Below, piece after piece: positions 16,543 to 26,138 of a stretch of 64,000 nucleotides of DNA. The position numbers and the translations under genes are program-made. Each line of letters starts with the position of its first letter. Position 1 is the first letter of the stretch. The notes beneath the pieces were generated by a model. It searched no databases. It was given only the letters and a program-made list of their open reading frames with translations, and was not told the origin of the DNA. This stretch comes from Vicinamibacteria bacterium (GTDB lineage Bacteria > Acidobacteriota > Vicinamibacteria > Marinacidobacterales > Marinacidobacteraceae): NCBI GenBank assembly GCA_963422395.1, contig OY729431.1, positions 692,680 through 756,679 on the forward strand. Direction: 5' to 3'.

Positions 16543-19032
16543 GTGCTCTCATCCCGCCCGCGATTCGACCGCCCGCGATTCGACCGGCCGCGATTCGACC
16601 GGCCCCGATCCGGCCCGTCATCCTTCGGCCCATCGCGATCCGGGTGCTTCTCCCCGTTCGCGCTGGCCCTGGGCAGCCTGCTCTGCCCCTCCGCCCTCTT
16701 CGCGCAGGGGGATCCCGAGCAGCGCGGATCGAACGGACGAAAAGCCGCCGAACAGGAGACCGCTGGGCAGGAGGTCGTCGGGCAGGGGACCGATTCCCCG
16801 GAGGAACTAGGCTTCGTGGTACGGGGTCCGGCAGCACCCGAGCTCCCCGAGATGGTGCGCCGCGACGACCTCGGCGGCGCCACCATGCGCGCCGCCCGGC
16901 TCGAAGAGCCGCTCGATTTCGACGGCCGCCTCGACGATGCGGTCTACGACCGAGTGCCGGGGGTTTCGGGGTTCCTACAGGCGCTGCCGCTCGAAGGGGA
17001 GCCGGCGACCGAGGATACCGAGGTCTGGGTCTTCTTCGACGACGATGCGGTGTATGTCGCCGGCCGCGCCTGGGATTCTCAGCCCGAGCGGATGGTGGCC
17101 ACCGAGATGCGGCGCGACAACTTCGGCATCTTCAACAACGAGAATCTGGCCGTCATCTTCGACACCTTCTACGACCGCCGGAACGCTTTCTTCTTCTACA
17201 TGAATCCCATCGGCGGGTTCTTCGACGGGCTCATCGTGGACGAACGGAATGTCAACCGCGACTGGACCGCAGTCTGGGATTCCCGCGCCGCCCGTTTCGA
17301 GGGCGGCTGGACGATGGAGATGCGGATTCCGTTCAAGACGCTGCGCTACGCCAGCGGCGGCCCGCAGGTCTGGGGCATCAACTTCCGCCGGGTGGTCCGC
17401 TGGAAGAACGAGATCTCCTACCTGACCCGCGTGCCCGCCGCGCTCGGCCCGCGGGCGATCACCAAGGTCAGTTCCGCCGGCACCCTCGTCGGTCTCGTCG
17501 CGCCGGCCAGCTCGCGGACGGTCGAGGTGAAGCCGTACGGAATCGGGAGCGCCGCTGGAGCGCGGGGAGACAGCGCCGGTGCCCTCGACCGGGAATTCAG
17601 CGGCGATGTCGGCGTGGACGCGAAGGTCGGGATCACCAGCGGGCTCACCGCCGATCTCACCTGGAACACCGACTTCGCCCAGGTGGAGGCCGACGCGCAG
17701 CAGATCAACCTCACTCGGTTCAGCCTCTTCTTCCCCGAAAAGCGCGAGTTCTTCCTCGAGGGGCAGGGAATCTTCGGCTTCGGAACCTCGACCAGAGCCC
17801 CGCCGGCGGGCTCGACCCGCAGCTTCGGGCCGCCGAGCAGTACCCCGGTGCTCTTCTTCAGCCGGAAGATCGGCATCGCCGACGGCCAGGCGGTGCCGAT
17901 CCTCGGCGGCGGGCGGGTGACCGGGAAGCTGGGCGGTTACCACCTCGGGGCGCTCGCCATCCGCAGCGGGGGAAGCGCCGCCGCCGGCGCTCCGGCGACC
18001 GATTTCTCCGTCCTCCGGCTGAAACGGGATGTGCTGAGCCGCAGCACCGTGGGGGTCATCGGGACCTACCGCTCGCACACCGAGAGCACTTCCAACGCGA
18101 GCGGCTGGGGCCGGAACTTCGCCTACGGGATGGATGCCCGCTTCGGGTTCTTCGAGCACCTCGACATCCGCAGCTACGCCGCCTGGACGCAGAACGAGCG
18201 CGAAGACCGGACCGGGATGAGTTATCTCGGCCAACTCGAGTACGGCGGCGACCGCTACGGGCTGCAGCTGGAGCGGCTCGTCGTCGGCGAGGGCTTCGAC
18301 CCCGGAATCGGGTTTCTGCGCCGCCGCGATTTCCAGCGCAACTACGCCGAGGCCCGCTTCAGCCCCCGGCCGTACTCGATTCCCTGGCTGCGCAAGATCG
18401 GCTGGACCGGCAGCATCGACTACACCACCGACAACGAGGGTGTCCTGGAGACCCGGATCTTTTCGCTGCGCCAGGAAATGGAGTTCGAGAACGGCGACAG
18501 CTTCCGCGTGAACGCGGCGCGCAATCGGGAAGTGCTCGGCGAGGACTTCCAGCTCGGCGACGACCTCGGAGTGGCGGCGGGGGCGTACGACTTCGGCTTC
18601 GCCCGCCTCAGCTACCAGGCAGGCCCCCAGCGTGCGGTCTCGGGCAACTTCGCCTACCAGCAGGGCGGTTTCTTTTCGGGAACCCGGCGGGAACTCGCCT
18701 GGCGCGGCCGGGTCGAGGTCATGCCGCGGCTCACCCTCGAGCCCTCGTTCTCGCTGAACTGGATCGCGCTCCCCGAGGGGGACTACGACACCCGGCTGGT
18801 CGCCTCTCGGGTCAACTACACCCTTTCGCCGCGGAGCTTCCTCGCCGCCTTCCTCCAGTACAACAGCGCCGCGAACAGCCTCTCCACGAATGTCCGCTTT
18901 CGCTGGGAGTACCAGCCGGGCAGCGACTTCTATGTCGTGTACAACTCGGTCCGCGACTCCCTGGTCCCCGGCTATCCCGAGCTCGAAACCCAGACCCTCA
19001 TCGTGAAGTTCACCCGCCTCTTCCGCTTCTGA
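16543..19032 (+). CDS. DUF5916 / CBM9-like domain outer-membrane protein, paralog 3 of 3 (more divergent)
   Basis: Same architecture: CBM9-like N-domain, DLTWNTDFAQVEADAQQINLTRFSLFFPEKREFFLEG, C-terminal IVKFTRLFRF. Signal peptide CFSPFALALGSLLCPSALFAQG. No ATG sits between the previous stop (16511) and the signal peptide. Start assigned to GTG near 16543, uncertain. Confidence 0.6.
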   Translation: MLSSRPRFDRPRFDRPRFDRPRSGPSSFGPSRSGCFSPFALALGSLLCPSALFAQGDPEQRGSNGRKAAEQETAGQEVVGQGTDSPEELGFVVRGPAAPELPEMVRRDDLGGATMRAARLEEPLDFDGRLDDAVYDRVPGVSGFLQALPLEGEPATEDTEVWVFFDDDAVYVAGRAWDSQPERMVATEMRRDNFGIFNNENLAVIFDTFYDRRNAFFFYMNPIGGFFDGLIVDERNVNRDWTAVWDSRAARFEGGWTMEMRIPFKTLRYASGGPQVWGINFRRVVRWKNEISYLTRVPAALGPRAITKVSSAGTLVGLVAPASSRTVEVKPYGIGSAAGARGDSAGALDREFSGDVGVDAKVGITSGLTADLTWNTDFAQVEADAQQINLTRFSLFFPEKREFFLEGQGIFGFGTSTRAPPAGSTRSFGPPSSTPVLFFSRKIGIADGQAVPILGGGRVTGKLGGYHLGALAIRSGGSAAAGAPATDFSVLRLKRDVLSRSTVGVIGTYRSHTESTSNASGWGRNFAYGMDARFGFFEHLDIRSYAAWTQNEREDRTGMSYLGQLEYGGDRYGLQLERLVVGEGFDPGIGFLRRRDFQRNYAEARFSPRPYSIPWLRKIGWTGSIDYTTDNEGVLETRIFSLRQEMEFENGDSFRVNAARNREVLGEDFQLGDDLGVAAGAYDFGFARLSYQAGPQRAVSGNFAYQQGGFFSGTRRELAWRGRVEVMPRLTLEPSFSLNWIALPEGDYDTRLVASRVNYTLSPRSFLAAFLQYNSAANSLSTNVRFRWEYQPGSDFYVVYNSVRDSLVPGYPELETQTLIVKFTRLFRF
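16553..16600. repeat. Three tandem copies of a 13-bp unit (cgcgattcgaccg + 1-2 variable bases)
   Basis: ccgcccgcgattcgaccgcccgcgattcgaccggccgcgattcgaccggcc, read directly. Lies in the 5' leader/N-terminus of paralog 3, where it encodes PRFDRPRFDRPRFDRP. Confidence 0.8.
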
Positions 19033-19158
19033 CCGCGGGGGCGGGGGGTCGGTTCGCTCGTTCCGCCGGCAGGGGAGGGAACGACGAGGCGGTAGTCAGG
19101 CGGCCCGCCCGCAGGCGCCGGGGCGGCCGCGCGCGCGGCACCCGGACCGCAGGCCGCG

Positions 19159-19740
19159 CTACCAGACGGAGAGGGAGACCCGCGTCTCGGCGTCCTGCAC
19201 CTCGACTTCCGCGCCGCGGGCGAGGGCGATCAGCGAAAGCGCCAGCTCCCGGGCATCGCAACGGATCCGGGAGGAGCCTTCGACTTCCTCACAGGCGCCG
19301 GCGGCTTCGTCGAGCGCCCGAAGCGGGGTCCGGACGAAAACCCGGCTGCCGGCTTCCCCGCCTTCGCGCACTCGGATCACCAGGTCTTCGTCCGCTTTGG
19401 CGACCCGCAAGAGGAGGTCCTCGCCATCGGTGATCTCGACGAGTACCGCATCGGGGGCGGCCTTCAGCGCTTCGAGGGTCGCATTGAGAGCCGCGAGCGC
19501 CGGCGCCCCGAACTCGTCCAGCTCTTCCTCCCCGAGGTAGTGCGGAAGGAGATGGTCGGGAGCGAAACGGAGGGCGGCCAGGGGAAGCAGCAGCGGGACC
19601 GGCGCGGTGAAGCGCGTCGCCTCGGGCGAGCCTTCGGCCACGACCGAGACGAGCGCGACGCCGCAGGCCGAGACGCAGGCGCCGAAGAGCAGCGCGGCGA
19701 TCAGCGCCGCCGCCAGCAGGATTCCGAGAACGCGAAGCAT
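19159..19740 (-). CDS. Hypothetical membrane-anchored protein
   Basis: 193 aa. N-terminal TM helix MLRVLGILLAAALIAALLFGACVSACGV. No recognisable domain. Confidence 0.4.
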   Translation of the reverse strand: MLRVLGILLAAALIAALLFGACVSACGVALVSVVAEGSPEATRFTAPVPLLLPLAALRFAPDHLLPHYLGEEELDEFGAPALAALNATLEALKAAPDAVLVEITDGEDLLLRVAKADEDLVIRVREGGEAGSRVFVRTPLRALDEAAGACEEVEGSSRIRCDARELALSLIALARGAEVEVQDAETRVSLSVW

Positions 19741-19752
19741 GACGAGGAGCGG

Positions 19753-20343
19753 CTACTGCGGTCCGATCCAGACGCGAACCTGGCCGTCCTCGCCTCGCAT
19801 CGAGACGAGGTCCCCCTCGTGGCTGCCGAGGCTGCGGATGGCCCGGCGGAAGTCCGGTTCCTCTCCGGCCCCGCTGAAGAGCGCGTCGAGCACTGCCACC
19901 GGGAAGCGGATTTCGAGCGAACCGTCGTCACCGGAGCCTTCGATCCGGACTTCATCGCCGGTGATCCACCCGTCGAGGCCGCCGCCGTCCTCTGCCGCGA
20001 GCTGCACCCGGGCGCCCGGCTCAGCGCGAAGCGCCTCCCAGAAGGCGCGGAGATCTTCCATCTTCAGCTCCACGCCGTCTTCCGAGCGGCGGGTCGCTTC
20101 CTCGAGCATCCGCTCCCCCATGGAGTCGCCGAGCGCTTCCACGGCGGCGAGCGGCAGGTTGACCTCGACTTTCGTCTCGTCGGAGTCGTCCTGGACCTGC
20201 ACATGGAGCCAGGGTTTCGCGGGCTGGCCGAGCGCCGGCGCGGCGGCGAGCGCAAAGACTCCGACCGCGGCGGCGAAGCCGGCGAACCGACTTCGAAGCG
20301 CGGTGCGGGGCAGTTGGGATGGAATACGCGGGAGAGTGAGCAT
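19753..20343 (-). CDS. Hypothetical secreted protein
   Basis: 196 aa. Signal-like FAGFAAAVGVFALAAAPALGQ after a long n-region. Acidic two-domain body loosely resembling the downstream neighbour. Start codon CAT at 20341-20343 overlaps ATG of the divergent CitE-like gene (CATG). Confidence 0.4.
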   Translation of the reverse strand: MLTLPRIPSQLPRTALRSRFAGFAAAVGVFALAAAPALGQPAKPWLHVQVQDDSDETKVEVNLPLAAVEALGDSMGERMLEEATRRSEDGVELKMEDLRAFWEALRAEPGARVQLAAEDGGGLDGWITGDEVRIEGSGDDGSLEIRFPVAVLDALFSGAGEEPDFRRAIRSLGSHEGDLVSMRGEDGQVRVWIGPQ

Positions 20344-21205
20344 GTCCGTTCCTAACGAGAGCGCCTCGGCGGAAGTTCCAGCGCCCCCGCAGCGCCGCCG
20401 CTCGCTGCTCTATGTCCCCGCTTCCAGCGAGCGGATGCTGGCGAAGGCGGCCTCGCGCGGCGCGGGAGTGCTGGTTCTCGACCTCGAAGACGGCGTCCAC
20501 CCGGAGCACAAGGAGGCGGCCCGCCGCCGCCTGCCGCGTTCGCGGGCGGAACTGGCCGCGGGAGGTGCATCGGTCGTGGTGCGGGTCAACCCTCCGCTCG
20601 GCCCCGGAGGGGGCGCCGATATCGAGGCCGCCGCCGCGGCCGGGTTCGATGCGGTGCTGTTGCCGAAGGCGGAGACCGCCGCTGCGGTTCGGGCGGCGCG
20701 GCGTCTCCTGGGAGCGCAGGCTCCGCTGTGGCTCATGATCGAAACCGCCCGGGGAGCCGCTGCGGTGTTTCCGCTCGCCGCGGAGGCGGGGGTGGAAGGG
20801 TTGGTGTTCGGCTCCGCTGACTTCCGGCTGAGCATGGGGTCCTGCGCGACCCCCGGCGAATCGGAACTCGACCATGTCCGCCAGCGCATCCTGCTCGCGG
20901 CACGGGCCGCGGGCGTCTGCTGCTTCGATGCTCCGTGGTTCGCCTTCCGCGACCTCGACGGGCTTCGCCGCAGCGCCCGGCGCGCCTTCGAGCTCGGTTT
21001 CGACGGCAAGTCGGCGATCCATCCGGGGCAGCTGCCGGTGATCCACGAGGCGTTCGCTCCTTCACCCGCCCAGCGCTCCTGGGCGGAACGGGTCGTCCGG
21101 GTGATGGAAGCCGCCGCGGCCCAGGGACGGGCGGTCGCCGAGCTCGAGGGAGAGCTCCTCGAGGAGCTCCACCTGCGGCAGGCGAAACGGCTGCTCGGGC
21201 GGTAG
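20342..21205 (+). CDS. citE: HpcH/HpaI aldolase / citrate lyase beta-subunit (CitE)-like lyase
   Basis: MSVPNESASAEVPAPPQRRRSLLYVPASSERMLAKAASRGAGVLVLDLEDGV...VRVNP...LLPKAET...LWLMIETARG...FGSADF. The 5' part of the 532-aa track ORF is an antisense artefact. Confidence 0.7.
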   Translation: MSVPNESASAEVPAPPQRRRSLLYVPASSERMLAKAASRGAGVLVLDLEDGVHPEHKEAARRRLPRSRAELAAGGASVVVRVNPPLGPGGGADIEAAAAAGFDAVLLPKAETAAAVRAARRLLGAQAPLWLMIETARGAAAVFPLAAEAGVEGLVFGSADFRLSMGSCATPGESELDHVRQRILLAARAAGVCCFDAPWFAFRDLDGLRRSARRAFELGFDGKSAIHPGQLPVIHEAFAPSPAQRSWAERVVRVMEAAAAQGRAVAELEGELLEELHLRQAKRLLGR

Positions 21206-21233
21206 TGCGGTCTGTTGCGCGGATGGAACCGGC

Positions 21234-22439
21234 TCAGCGCGCCGCGGCGACCACCCGGCCGAGCGCGATGCCGGCCAATTCCGAAAGATCCAGTCTGTCC
21301 CCGCTTACATTCCGGAGGAGGATCACCGCGGCGTCGGTCTCCGGCTCGATCCAGGCGGCGGCTCGGTATCCGGCGACGCTGCCTCCATGCCCGTAAGCAG
21401 TGAACCCGCTTCCCGTCGGATCTTCGAGCCGCCGCGCCATGAATCCGAAGCCGTAGCCGCTCGACAGGTCTCCGGCAGCGAACACCTTCGTCAGGTTCTC
21501 TCTGCGGACCGCGGCCGGGATCACGGCCTCGAAGGGCTCTCCGCCGACTCCGGCGAGAAACCGCAGGAACACCGAGAGATCGGCCAGCGTCGAATAGAGC
21601 GCCCCGTTCGGCACCTTGTAGCCGCGTCCGGCGTGTTCGCGTGCCGGGGTGTCCCCATCGAGCGCGCCGTCGTCCCCGACCGAGACTCCCGCAGCGATCC
21701 GCGCGGAGAGTTCCTCCGTCGGATAGAAGACCGTCGAGTCCATTCCCAGCGGTGCGAGCAGCTTTGCCGCCGCCTCGGCCATGAAGGGTTCGCCGGCGGC
21801 GCGCGCAACCGCCGCGCCGAGCATCGCGTAGCCGATGTTGGAGTACTGGTATCGGGTTCCCGGCTCGTACTCGAAGGAGGTCGCTTCGAGCGCGCGGAAC
21901 GCCGTCTCGAGCCACTGGTCGGGCGCGCCGACCAGGTACTCCGGCAGATTCTCCGGCTCGCGGGCGAGCCCGCCGGTCATCGTCCCGAGCTGGTAGAGGC
22001 TGGGCCCGGGGGTCCAGGAAAAGGGATTCCGCACTCGTTCGAGTTCGGGCACGAAGGCCCGCACCGGGTCCCCGAGCCGCGCTTTCCCCTCGTGGACGAG
22101 GCGCAGCATGGACATCGCGGTGACCGGCTTCGTGATCGAGCCGATGCGGAACAGATGGTCGGCGCGGACCGGGACCCGGTGTTCGAGGTCGGCGAAACCG
22201 AATCCGCCCGCATACGCGGGCTCCCCGCCGACGAAGACGCCGAACGCCGCTCCGCCGCGGCCGTCTGCTTCGAAGACCCGGCGGAGGTCTTCGGCAGCGA
22301 GGGCCGCCGCTTCGGGAACCGACGGAGCGGAGGCCGGTACCGGCTGCGGGCCGCAGGCGGCGGACGCCGCCCCGAGCAGGCACCAAGCGAGCGCCGCCCG
22401 TCCGGCCGCAGCGAAGAACGAGGGAACCGCAGGAGACAT
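21234..22439 (-). CDS. Beta-lactamase-family serine hydrolase (class C / PBP4-like), lipoprotein-type signal
   Basis: S-x-x-K motif FRIGSITKPVTAMSM; Y-S-N motif RYQYSNIGYAMLG; C-terminal YGHGGSVAGY. Signal peptide ends LGAASAACG. Confidence 0.7.
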   Translation of the reverse strand: MSPAVPSFFAAAGRAALAWCLLGAASAACGPQPVPASAPSVPEAAALAAEDLRRVFEADGRGGAAFGVFVGGEPAYAGGFGFADLEHRVPVRADHLFRIGSITKPVTAMSMLRLVHEGKARLGDPVRAFVPELERVRNPFSWTPGPSLYQLGTMTGGLAREPENLPEYLVGAPDQWLETAFRALEATSFEYEPGTRYQYSNIGYAMLGAAVARAAGEPFMAEAAAKLLAPLGMDSTVFYPTEELSARIAAGVSVGDDGALDGDTPAREHAGRGYKVPNGALYSTLADLSVFLRFLAGVGGEPFEAVIPAAVRRENLTKVFAAGDLSSGYGFGFMARRLEDPTGSGFTAYGHGGSVAGYRAAAWIEPETDAAVILLRNVSGDRLDLSELAGIALGRVVAAAR

Positions 22440-22546
22440 GGCGGCCCCGAACGATACCCGGACGCTGCCCGAGATGTGTCGCCGCTCGGACGCCGAGCGG
22501 CTTCGTCCACCGGCTGCCGAGACGCCGAAGCGGTAGCATCGGGGCG

Positions 22547-25500
22547 ATGCGGCGGCTGACGGCCTTCCTCGGGCTTTTACTCGGTGCAGCGGCGGCAGTC
22601 TCGGCGGCAGCAGTCTTGGCTGCAGGGCCCGAGGAAGGGACGGCCGCCCGCGCGCAGGAGGAAGGCGCCTCGCTCCCGGTCCGGGTCAGCGAGGGGACCA
22701 ACTTCGCGGCCGCCGTCTCTCCGGAGGGCGCGGCGATCGTCCTGGACCTGCAGGGAACGCTCTGGCGGCTCGCCGCGGCCGGCGGCGAAGCGACGGCGCT
22801 CACCGACGGCCTCGGCGACGATCGGCTTCCCGATTTCCACCCCGACGGCCGCAGCGTCGCCTACCAGTCGTTTCGCGCCGGAACCTGGGACATCTGGCAG
22901 CTCGCCCTACCCGAAGAGCTGCCCTCCGGGGAGCTGCCGTTCGGGGAGCCGGAGCCGCTCACCGCGACGAACTTCGACGACCGGGAGCCCGCCTGGTCCC
23001 CCGACGGCTCGCGGCTCGCGTTTTCCTCGGACCGCTCCGGCACCTACGACATCTGGGTGCTGGAACTCGCCAGCGGCGAGGCGTCTCCGGTGACCAGCGC
23101 TCTCGGAAACGAATCGCAGCCCGCCTGGACCCCCGACGGCGCCGGCCTCGTCTTCGTCGCCGCACCCGAGGGCGAAGCCGAGAGCGTCCTGATGCTGCTC
23201 TCCCTCGAAGGCGGCGATCCGACCCCCGTTCCCGGAACCTCCGGCAGGGTCGCGGCTCCCTCGGTCAGCCCCGACGGTGGCCGCGTCGTCTTCCACCGCC
23301 TCCACTATGAGGGGCTGACCCTGATGGGAAGCCGTTTCGACATCGGAGTCTCGAGCGAATGGGTGCTCGCGCCGCTTTCTCCGGCCGCCGCGCCGGCCGC
23401 GAGCGGGGCCCGGACGCTCCCGGCGGTCCTCACCGCCGCCGGAGAAGACCTCTTCCCGTTCCGCCCGCAGTGGCTCGACGCCGACACCCTGCTCTATACC
23501 GCGGACGGAGGAATCCGCCGCCTCGGGATCGGATCCGCGGGCGTTTCCGGCGGGGAACCCGAAGCGCCCGAGCGGGTCCCGATGTCCCTCACCCTCGCCG
23601 TCCGCCGGGCCCCGGAGCGCCGGGGGAAGATCCGCACCGGGTCCACCGAAGCGATGCCGGTCCGGGGAATCCTCCGGCCGAGCGTCAGCCCCGACGGGAC
23701 CCGGCTCCTCTACGCCGCGCTCGGCGACCTCTGGACCGCTCCGCTGGATGGGTCTGCGGCGCCGCAGCCGCTCACCCGCGACAGCTGGCTGGACACCGAT
23801 CCGGTGTGGCTGCCCGATGGGCAGAGCGTCCTGTTCGCGAGCGATCGGGGCGGAACGATGGACCTCTGGGAAAAGCGGCTCGACTCGGGGCCGGGTGCGG
23901 GGTTGACCCGGCATACCGGCCGGCTCGGCGCCGAGGTGAGCCCAGCGGTGAGCGCCGACGGTTCGAGGATCGCCTGGCTCGACGAGGCCGGGAACCTGCG
24001 GATCACGCCGCGCGGGCCGGACGCCGGCCCGGCCTCCGGCGAGGGAGAGACCCTCTACCGGGCGCGGCGGGGCGCGGGAATGCCGAGCTGGTCTCCCGAC
24101 GGCGACACGATCGCGCTTTCGAGCCTGAGCCCCTTCTCTTCCCGTTTCCGCGAGGGTCGGAACCGGGTGGTTCTGGTGTCGGCGGCGACCGGCGAGGCGC
24201 GCGTCCTCGACGAGCCGGCGGCGAGCTTCGGAACCCGCGATTCCGACGGTCCGGTCTTCTCTCCCGATGGAAGCCGGCTCGCCTTCGCCCTCGACGGCGG
24301 GCTCGCGCTGCTCGCGTTGGCCGACGACGGTTCGCCCGCCGGGCCGCCGCAGCGGATCTTCGAGGGACCGGTGGACTTCCCCGCCTGGACCCCCGACGGG
24401 CAGAGCCTGACTGCGGTTTCCGGCGCCGGGCTGGTGCGCATCGCGGCGGACGGCAGCGGCTCGGAGCCGATCCGCCTGCGCCACGAATTCGTGGTTCCCG
24501 AACCCTCGGGGAAATTGTTGTTCCACGATGTCGCGGTCCTCGATGTCGAGCGGGGGGAGACTCTGCCCGGCCGGGATGTCCTGGTGGATGGGGGCCGCAT
24601 CGTCTCCATCGCGCCCACCGGCGAGCCTTCCGACGACGGCACGCGGGTGGTTCGCGGGGAGGGTTCCACGCTGGTTCCCGGCCTCATCGAGATGCATACC
24701 CACCCGCTGGGGCCCGCCTTCGGGAATCGCTTCGGACGGACGCACCTCGCCTACGGGGTGACCTCGGTGCGGATCCCCGCCGCCGCCACCTACCGCGTTC
24801 TCGAAGAGCGGGAGTCCATCCTTTCCGGGCGGCGGGTGGGCCCGCGCCTGTTCCTGACCGGGACCACGCTCGATGGGAGCCGTATCTACTACCCGGGGGC
24901 GGCGGCTCTCACGAGCGAGCGGGCGGTCGCGGCGGTGCTCGGCCTGGCCCGCGACCTCGATTACGACCTGGTCAAGACCTATGTGCGGCTCGACGACGCC
25001 TCCCAGCGGGACGCCATTCGGCGTGCCCACCGCTTTCGCGCCTTCGTGACCTCGCACGAGCTGTACCCCGCGGTGCGTCATGGAGTGGACGGGATCGAAC
25101 ATCTCAAGGGGACTTCGCGCCGCGGCTTTTCCCCCAAGGTGACCGACCTCGGACGCTCCTATCAGGATGTCCGCGCGCTCATCGCCGAGTCCGGCGTCTT
25201 CTTCACTCCGACGCTGCTGATCTACGGCGGCTGGGATCTCGCCCTCGCGCGGGAGCCCGGGCTGCTCGCCGCCGACCGCCGCATCCGCGCCTTCCCCGCC
25301 TGGCTGGCTGCCCGCCTGACCGCTCCGCCGGACGAAGCCGCAGACCCGGCTGCCCGGCTGGCTCTGATGCAGCCCATGTGGGAGACCATCGCCTCGATCG
25401 CTGCCGCCGGAGGGCGGATCATCGCCGGCACCGACACTCCGATCGTGCCCTACGGGCTGGGACTCCTCCTCGAGATCGAACAGCTGGCGGAAGCGGGGCT

Positions 25501-25711
25501 CGGCCCCGCGGGGGCGATCCGCGCTGCGACCGTGACCGCCGCGGAAGCGCTCGGACTCTCGGGAGAGCTCGGGGTGATCGCACCCGGCGCCCTCGCCGAT
25601 CTGGTGCTCCTCGAAGGGGATCCGCTCGAGGACATCCGCAACCTCCGTCGGGTCCGGGCGGTCGTGTCCGATGGACGGCTCGCGACGCTCGACCAGCTGC
25701 TCGCCTTTTGA
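22547..25711 (+). CDS. Secreted TolB-like beta-propeller (WD40-like/PD40 repeats) fused to C-terminal metal-dependent amidohydrolase domain
   Basis: Signal peptide MRRLTAFLGLLLGAAAAVSAAAVLAAG. Repeated PD40-like units (FHPDGRSVAYQS, PAWSPDGSRLAFSSDRSGTYDIWV, PAWTPDGAGLVF, etc). C-terminal amidohydrolase signature LVPGLIEMHTHP ... GTDTPIVPYG. Confidence 0.65.
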   Translation: MRRLTAFLGLLLGAAAAVSAAAVLAAGPEEGTAARAQEEGASLPVRVSEGTNFAAAVSPEGAAIVLDLQGTLWRLAAAGGEATALTDGLGDDRLPDFHPDGRSVAYQSFRAGTWDIWQLALPEELPSGELPFGEPEPLTATNFDDREPAWSPDGSRLAFSSDRSGTYDIWVLELASGEASPVTSALGNESQPAWTPDGAGLVFVAAPEGEAESVLMLLSLEGGDPTPVPGTSGRVAAPSVSPDGGRVVFHRLHYEGLTLMGSRFDIGVSSEWVLAPLSPAAAPAASGARTLPAVLTAAGEDLFPFRPQWLDADTLLYTADGGIRRLGIGSAGVSGGEPEAPERVPMSLTLAVRRAPERRGKIRTGSTEAMPVRGILRPSVSPDGTRLLYAALGDLWTAPLDGSAAPQPLTRDSWLDTDPVWLPDGQSVLFASDRGGTMDLWEKRLDSGPGAGLTRHTGRLGAEVSPAVSADGSRIAWLDEAGNLRITPRGPDAGPASGEGETLYRARRGAGMPSWSPDGDTIALSSLSPFSSRFREGRNRVVLVSAATGEARVLDEPAASFGTRDSDGPVFSPDGSRLAFALDGGLALLALADDGSPAGPPQRIFEGPVDFPAWTPDGQSLTAVSGAGLVRIAADGSGSEPIRLRHEFVVPEPSGKLLFHDVAVLDVERGETLPGRDVLVDGGRIVSIAPTGEPSDDGTRVVRGEGSTLVPGLIEMHTHPLGPAFGNRFGRTHLAYGVTSVRIPAAATYRVLEERESILSGRRVGPRLFLTGTTLDGSRIYYPGAAALTSERAVAAVLGLARDLDYDLVKTYVRLDDASQRDAIRRAHRFRAFVTSHELYPAVRHGVDGIEHLKGTSRRGFSPKVTDLGRSYQDVRALIAESGVFFTPTLLIYGGWDLALAREPGLLAADRRIRAFPAWLAARLTAPPDEAADPAARLALMQPMWETIASIAAAGGRIIAGTDTPIVPYGLGLLLEIEQLAEAGLGPAGAIRAATVTAAEALGLSGELGVIAPGALADLVLLEGDPLEDIRNLRRVRAVVSDGRLATLDQLLAF

Positions 25712-25862
25712 CCAGGCTGCTGGCAGACGGGTTGCGCCGATCGAAAAGCGATTTCGGGGCATACTTCGAGATTCGGCGCCTGCGCGTTGTTTCTTCAGGG
25801 GAACGCACGGCGTTTACGGGTCTGGCACGGCTCGCTCTAGCGAGCCTCGATAAGGAAATGAC

Positions 25863-26138
25863 ATGACCAAAGTCGAACTCATTCGAACCCTGGCCGACGC
25901 GGCCGGGATCAGTCGCCGGGAAGGCGCAGCGGTCCTCGACGGGCTCCGCGATCTCGCCGTGGAGGAACTTCGTAGCGGGAACGACTTTCTGTTGCCCGGG
26001 ATGGTGAAGCTCTCCGTGGTGCACCGCGAGGCCCGCATGGGCCGCAATGTGCGGACCGGCGAGGCGATCGAAGTCCCGGCCCGGGATGTGGTCCGGTGCA
26101 AGGTCTCTCGCCCGTTCCAGGCCGACTGCTGCGACTGA
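25863..26138 (+). CDS. hup: Nucleoid-associated DNA-binding protein HU
   Basis: 91 aa. MTKVELIRTLADAAGISRREGAAVLDGLRDLAVEELRSGNDFLLPGMVKLSVVHREARMGRNVRTGEAIEVPARDVVRCKVS. AAGGA RBS 7 bp upstream. Confidence 0.8.
   Translation: MTKVELIRTLADAAGISRREGAAVLDGLRDLAVEELRSGNDFLLPGMVKLSVVHREARMGRNVRTGEAIEVPARDVVRCKVSRPFQADCCD

Noticed and set aside
12277-19433. Long antisense/alternate-frame ORFs over the DUF5916 paralogs (12277-14352 -, 12558-14000 +, 14798-16810 +, 14859-16886 -, 16644-19433 +, 16975-18234 -)
   Set aside because: They overlap the strongly supported DUF5916 genes. Their translations are Arg/Pro-rich and lack the conserved blocks shared by the three true paralogs.
20410-25866. Minus ORF 20410-22803 (797 aa) and the 22907-25762 - / 23359-25866 + ORFs overlapping the CitE-like, serine hydrolase and TolB-amidohydrolase genes
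   Set aside because: These are antisense or frame-shifted shadows. Only the sub-region 21234-22439 on the minus strand carries real motifs (SxxK, YSN), and it is annotated separately.
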